Shown: piece by piece, positions 38,425 through 38,904 of the stretch
Position numbering within the stretch: position 1 is the first letter of the stretch
How the letters are laid out: the number at the start of each line of letters is the position of its first letter
Origin: Bacilli bacterium
Lineage (GTDB): Bacteria; Bacillota_I; Bacilli_A; RF39; UBA660
NCBI GenBank assembly: GCA_036642175.1
Contig: JAVWDK010000001.1
Coordinates: 1-38,904 of the forward strand
Direction: 5' to 3'
DNA length: 38,904 nucleotides
Notes under the pieces: generated by a model
Database searches by the model: none
What the model saw: the letters and a program-made list of their open reading frames with translations, nothing else
What the model was told of the DNA's origin: nothing
Position numbers and translations under genes: made by a program

Positions 38425-38453
38425 AATATAATATATATATATAAAAATATCAA
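38425..38453 (-). promoter_or_regulatory. Candidate sigma-A-type promoter for the SRP RNA
   Basis: The minus strand reads TTGATA (38453-38448), a 17-nt spacer, then TATATT (38430-38425). This puts the predicted start about 7 nt downstream, at the G (38418) that opens the terminal helix. Confidence 0.4.
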
Positions 38454-38524
38454 CTTAAATTTATTTTTAAGTTACTTTTTATTATTAATTAATGGTTGGC
38501 TTTTTATTTTAAAACAAGTTTATA

Positions 38525-38540
38525 TGTTCCACGTGGAACA
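38525..38540. promoter_or_regulatory. parS-like ParB binding site (unit 1 variant, perfect palindrome)
   Basis: TGTTCCACGTGGAACA matches 15 of 16 positions of TGTTNCACGTGAAACA. With its flanks (38524-38541) it forms a perfect 18-bp palindrome, ATGTTCCACGTGGAACAT. Confidence 0.75.
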
Positions 38541-38620
38541 TTGATTAAATTGTTTTCCAAGCACTATTTATTTACATTAATTATTAAATGATTATATATA
38601 GATTATATAATAAGTTTATA

Positions 38621-38636
38621 TGTTTCACGTGGAACA
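38621..38636. promoter_or_regulatory. Consensus parS site (unit 2)
   Basis: TGTTTCACGTGGAACA is the exact reverse complement of TGTTCCACGTGAAACA, the B. subtilis spo0J-internal parS (16 of 16). Confidence 0.85.
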
Positions 38637-38716
38637 TTGATTAAATTATTTCCCAAACACTATTTATTTACATTAATTATTAAATGATTATATATAGATT
38701 ATATAATAAGTTTATA

Positions 38717-38732
38717 TGTTTCACGTGGAACA
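38717..38732. promoter_or_regulatory. Consensus parS site (unit 3)
   Basis: TGTTTCACGTGGAACA, identical to unit 2 and exactly 96 bp from it. Confidence 0.85.
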
Positions 38733-38812
38733 TTGATTAAATTATTTCCCAAACACTATTTATTTACATTAATTATTAAATGATTATATATAGATTATAT
38801 AATAAGTTTATA

Positions 38813-38828
38813 TGTTTCACGTGGAACA
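38813..38828. promoter_or_regulatory. Consensus parS site (unit 4)
   Basis: TGTTTCACGTGGAACA, identical to units 2 and 3 and exactly 96 bp from unit 3. Confidence 0.85.
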
Positions 38829-38904
38829 TTGATTAAATTATTTCCCAAACACTATTTATTTACATTAATTATTAAATGATTATATATAGATTATATAATA
38901 AGTT

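Larger units (their letters stand above)
38516..38904. repeat. Tandem 96-bp direct repeat array: 4 complete units plus the first 5 nt of a fifth, truncated by the window edge
   Basis: Units start at 38516, 38612, 38708 and 38804 (AAGTTTATATG...), with a fifth starting at 38900. Units 2-4 are identical by eye. Unit 1 differs at 4 of 96 positions. Stop codons are dense in all frames, so the array is non-coding. Confidence 0.95.

Noticed and set aside
38516-38904. CRISPR array as an explanation for the regularly spaced palindromes
   Set aside because: The whole 96-bp period is repeated, with units 2-4 identical. There are no unique spacers between the palindromes, and no cas genes are present in the window. 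This is a tandem direct repeat, not a repeat-spacer array.
1-38904. Mollicute-type genetic code (TGA = Trp), suggested by the extreme A+T content and reduced gene set
   Set aside because: All conserved genes read through at expected lengths with the standard code. Conserved Trp positions (for example NWWCVLFPP in SpoIIR) are encoded by TGG. TGA is used as a genuine stop, for example at the yycJ/rlmH ATGA junction.

Overview
This is a 38.9-kb, very AT-rich window (roughly a quarter G+C by eye). It reads with the standard genetic code: Trp is TGG and no in-frame TGA is needed. It resembles the origin-proximal core of a low-GC Bacillota genome. I support 43 protein genes, and every one is on the minus strand, tightly packed and often overlapping at start and stop codons. 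The set includes rpsR-ssb-rpsF, ychF, parB-parA, mntP, spoIIR, rlmH, yycJ, dnaB-rplI, rpmE, murA and fba. It continues with ftsH-tilS, ung, rsmA, tatD, spoVT-mfd-pth, rsmI, ricT, holB, bofA, recR-ybaB-dnaX and tadA. The ORF track missed one small DUF951 gene. I also call a small 4.5S-type SRP RNA upstream of tadA.

The most interesting signal is at the right edge (38516 to the window end). At least four tandem 96-bp repeats each carry a 16-bp palindrome that matches the Bacillus ParB/Spo0J parS site TGTTNCACGTGAAACA. This is a sopC-like centromere array on a chromosome, about 31 kb from an intact parA-parB operon.

Other points worth a second look:
- a single-ring, D1-only Clp/Hsp100-like AAA+ ATPase with an unrecognised N-terminal domain and its own near-consensus promoter
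- a 786-bp gap holding a decayed plus-strand gene and a strong hairpin
- an FtsH with a Rho_N/SAP-like C-terminal tail
- a sensor-less DHH phosphoesterase in the GdpP position
- strong synteny compaction alongside retained sporulation signalling genes

All protein identifications rest on motifs and gene order recalled from memory. No database search was possible.
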